From Squalus acanthias (Eukaryota): a stretch of 64,000 bases of DNA. Positions within the stretch are counted from its first letter, which is position 1. Each line of letters opens with the position of its first letter. A program made the position numbers and the translations under genes. Below the pieces are notes generated by a model that searched no databases, was not told the origin of the DNA, and saw nothing but the letters and a program-made list of their open reading frames with translations. Of this stretch, positions 63,020 through 64,000 are shown piece by piece. The stretch lies in the NCBI GenBank assembly GCA_030390025.1, contig CM059439.1:31992001-32056000 (forward strand), in the 5' to 3' direction.

Positions 63020-64000
63020 TCTATTCCTGTCCCACTGACCTAATTTTCCCTTTTCTTGACTCTATGCTTTCCCTCCTTGTGTAGTCTCCATTCATCTACC
63101 GTGACTCCTCTGATATCCTCTGCTACTGTGACAACTTCAAGTTTCCCAGCCCCAAAAATATTCATCTCACCATGGACATACAGTCCCACTATACTTTCAT
63201 CCCTCACCACGATGGTCACTGGGTCCTCCACTTCTTCCTTAAACAGCGGCTCAACCAGTCCGCATCACCACCACCCTCTATCTGGCTTAACTTGTTCTCA
63301 CCAGTATTAACTCTTTCATCTCCCTTCACTTCCTCCAACTAAAGGTATGACTGCGGGAATCTGCATGGATCCCAGGTATGCCTGTCTTTTTGTATGACAT
63401 GTGGAACACTTTGTTCCAGTCCTACTCAAGCACCAACTCTGACTTTTCTTCCATTACACTGATGACTATATGAGTGCTGCTTTCTGCTTTCACTCTGATC
63501 TTGAGAATTTCATTAACTATGGATCAAATTTCCATTCACCCTTCACCTTCACTTGGCTCATCTCTGACTCTTCCTTTCCCTTCTTAGATTTCTCCCTTTA
63601 TCTCTAGAGAAGGGCAAAGATATCTATTACAAGCCCACTGTCGCCCACAACTACCGACAATAAACTTCTTTTTACTGATATCGCTTCCTCTCAGTTTCTC
63701 CGGATCCATTACATTTGTTCCGATGGCTCCACCTTCTGCACCAGAGGTTCTGAAATGTCCTCCTTTTTTCTCAGCTGAGGTATCTTCTCAACAGTGGTCG
63801 ACAGGACCTCCGACTGCATCCTCCCGTTTTCCTGCTGTCATCCCCTCCCCTCCTCCTAGAACAGCAGCAGGTTCATCCTTGTCCTTACCTTCTATTCCAC
63901 CAGCCTCTGTATTCACCAGATCATCATCTGCCATTTCTGCCACTTTCCACATAATCCAATCTTTAAGCGCATCTTCCCCCACACACCCTGCTCTGCTTTC
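63020..64000 (+). mobile_element. Penelope-like retroelement RT relic, running off the right edge
   Basis: Frameshifted motifs resembling FTMD.QSLYTSIPH.DG, L.LT..F....HFLQ.KG..MG..M.P.YACLF, F.YIDD and PFLD, i.e. Penelope/Poseidon-type RT. Confidence 0.8.

Overview
Eukaryotic genomic DNA, most likely from a cartilaginous fish (shark), judged from the DeuSINE/SacSINE1-like, CR1, L2, Penelope and Harbinger repeat content. The window lies inside one minus-strand gene. Four short coding exons with GT-AG sites and compatible phases (57743-57614, 25906-25861, 10223-10128, 1937-1895) splice into a peptide matching the middle of the E3 ubiquitin ligase RNF220, equivalent to human exons 3-6 by my recall of the human protein. 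The ORF track captures only one of these exons in frame, and most listed ORFs are spurious or transposon debris. The introns hold decayed LINEs, SINEs, TIR-bearing MITEs, a G-rich minisatellite and repeat-free, enhancer-like blocks. The most interesting signals are: a candidate in-frame 75-nt cassette exon; a candidate poison-or-microexon with two acceptors; an AG|GTAAGA recursive-splice-type junction at exon 3; a TSD-flanked Penelope-derived element with a minimal hammerhead ribozyme; a related 79-bp-arm palindrome; and an intronic promoter-like motif cluster. I found no prokaryote-style system. All family assignments come from recognition, not database searches.
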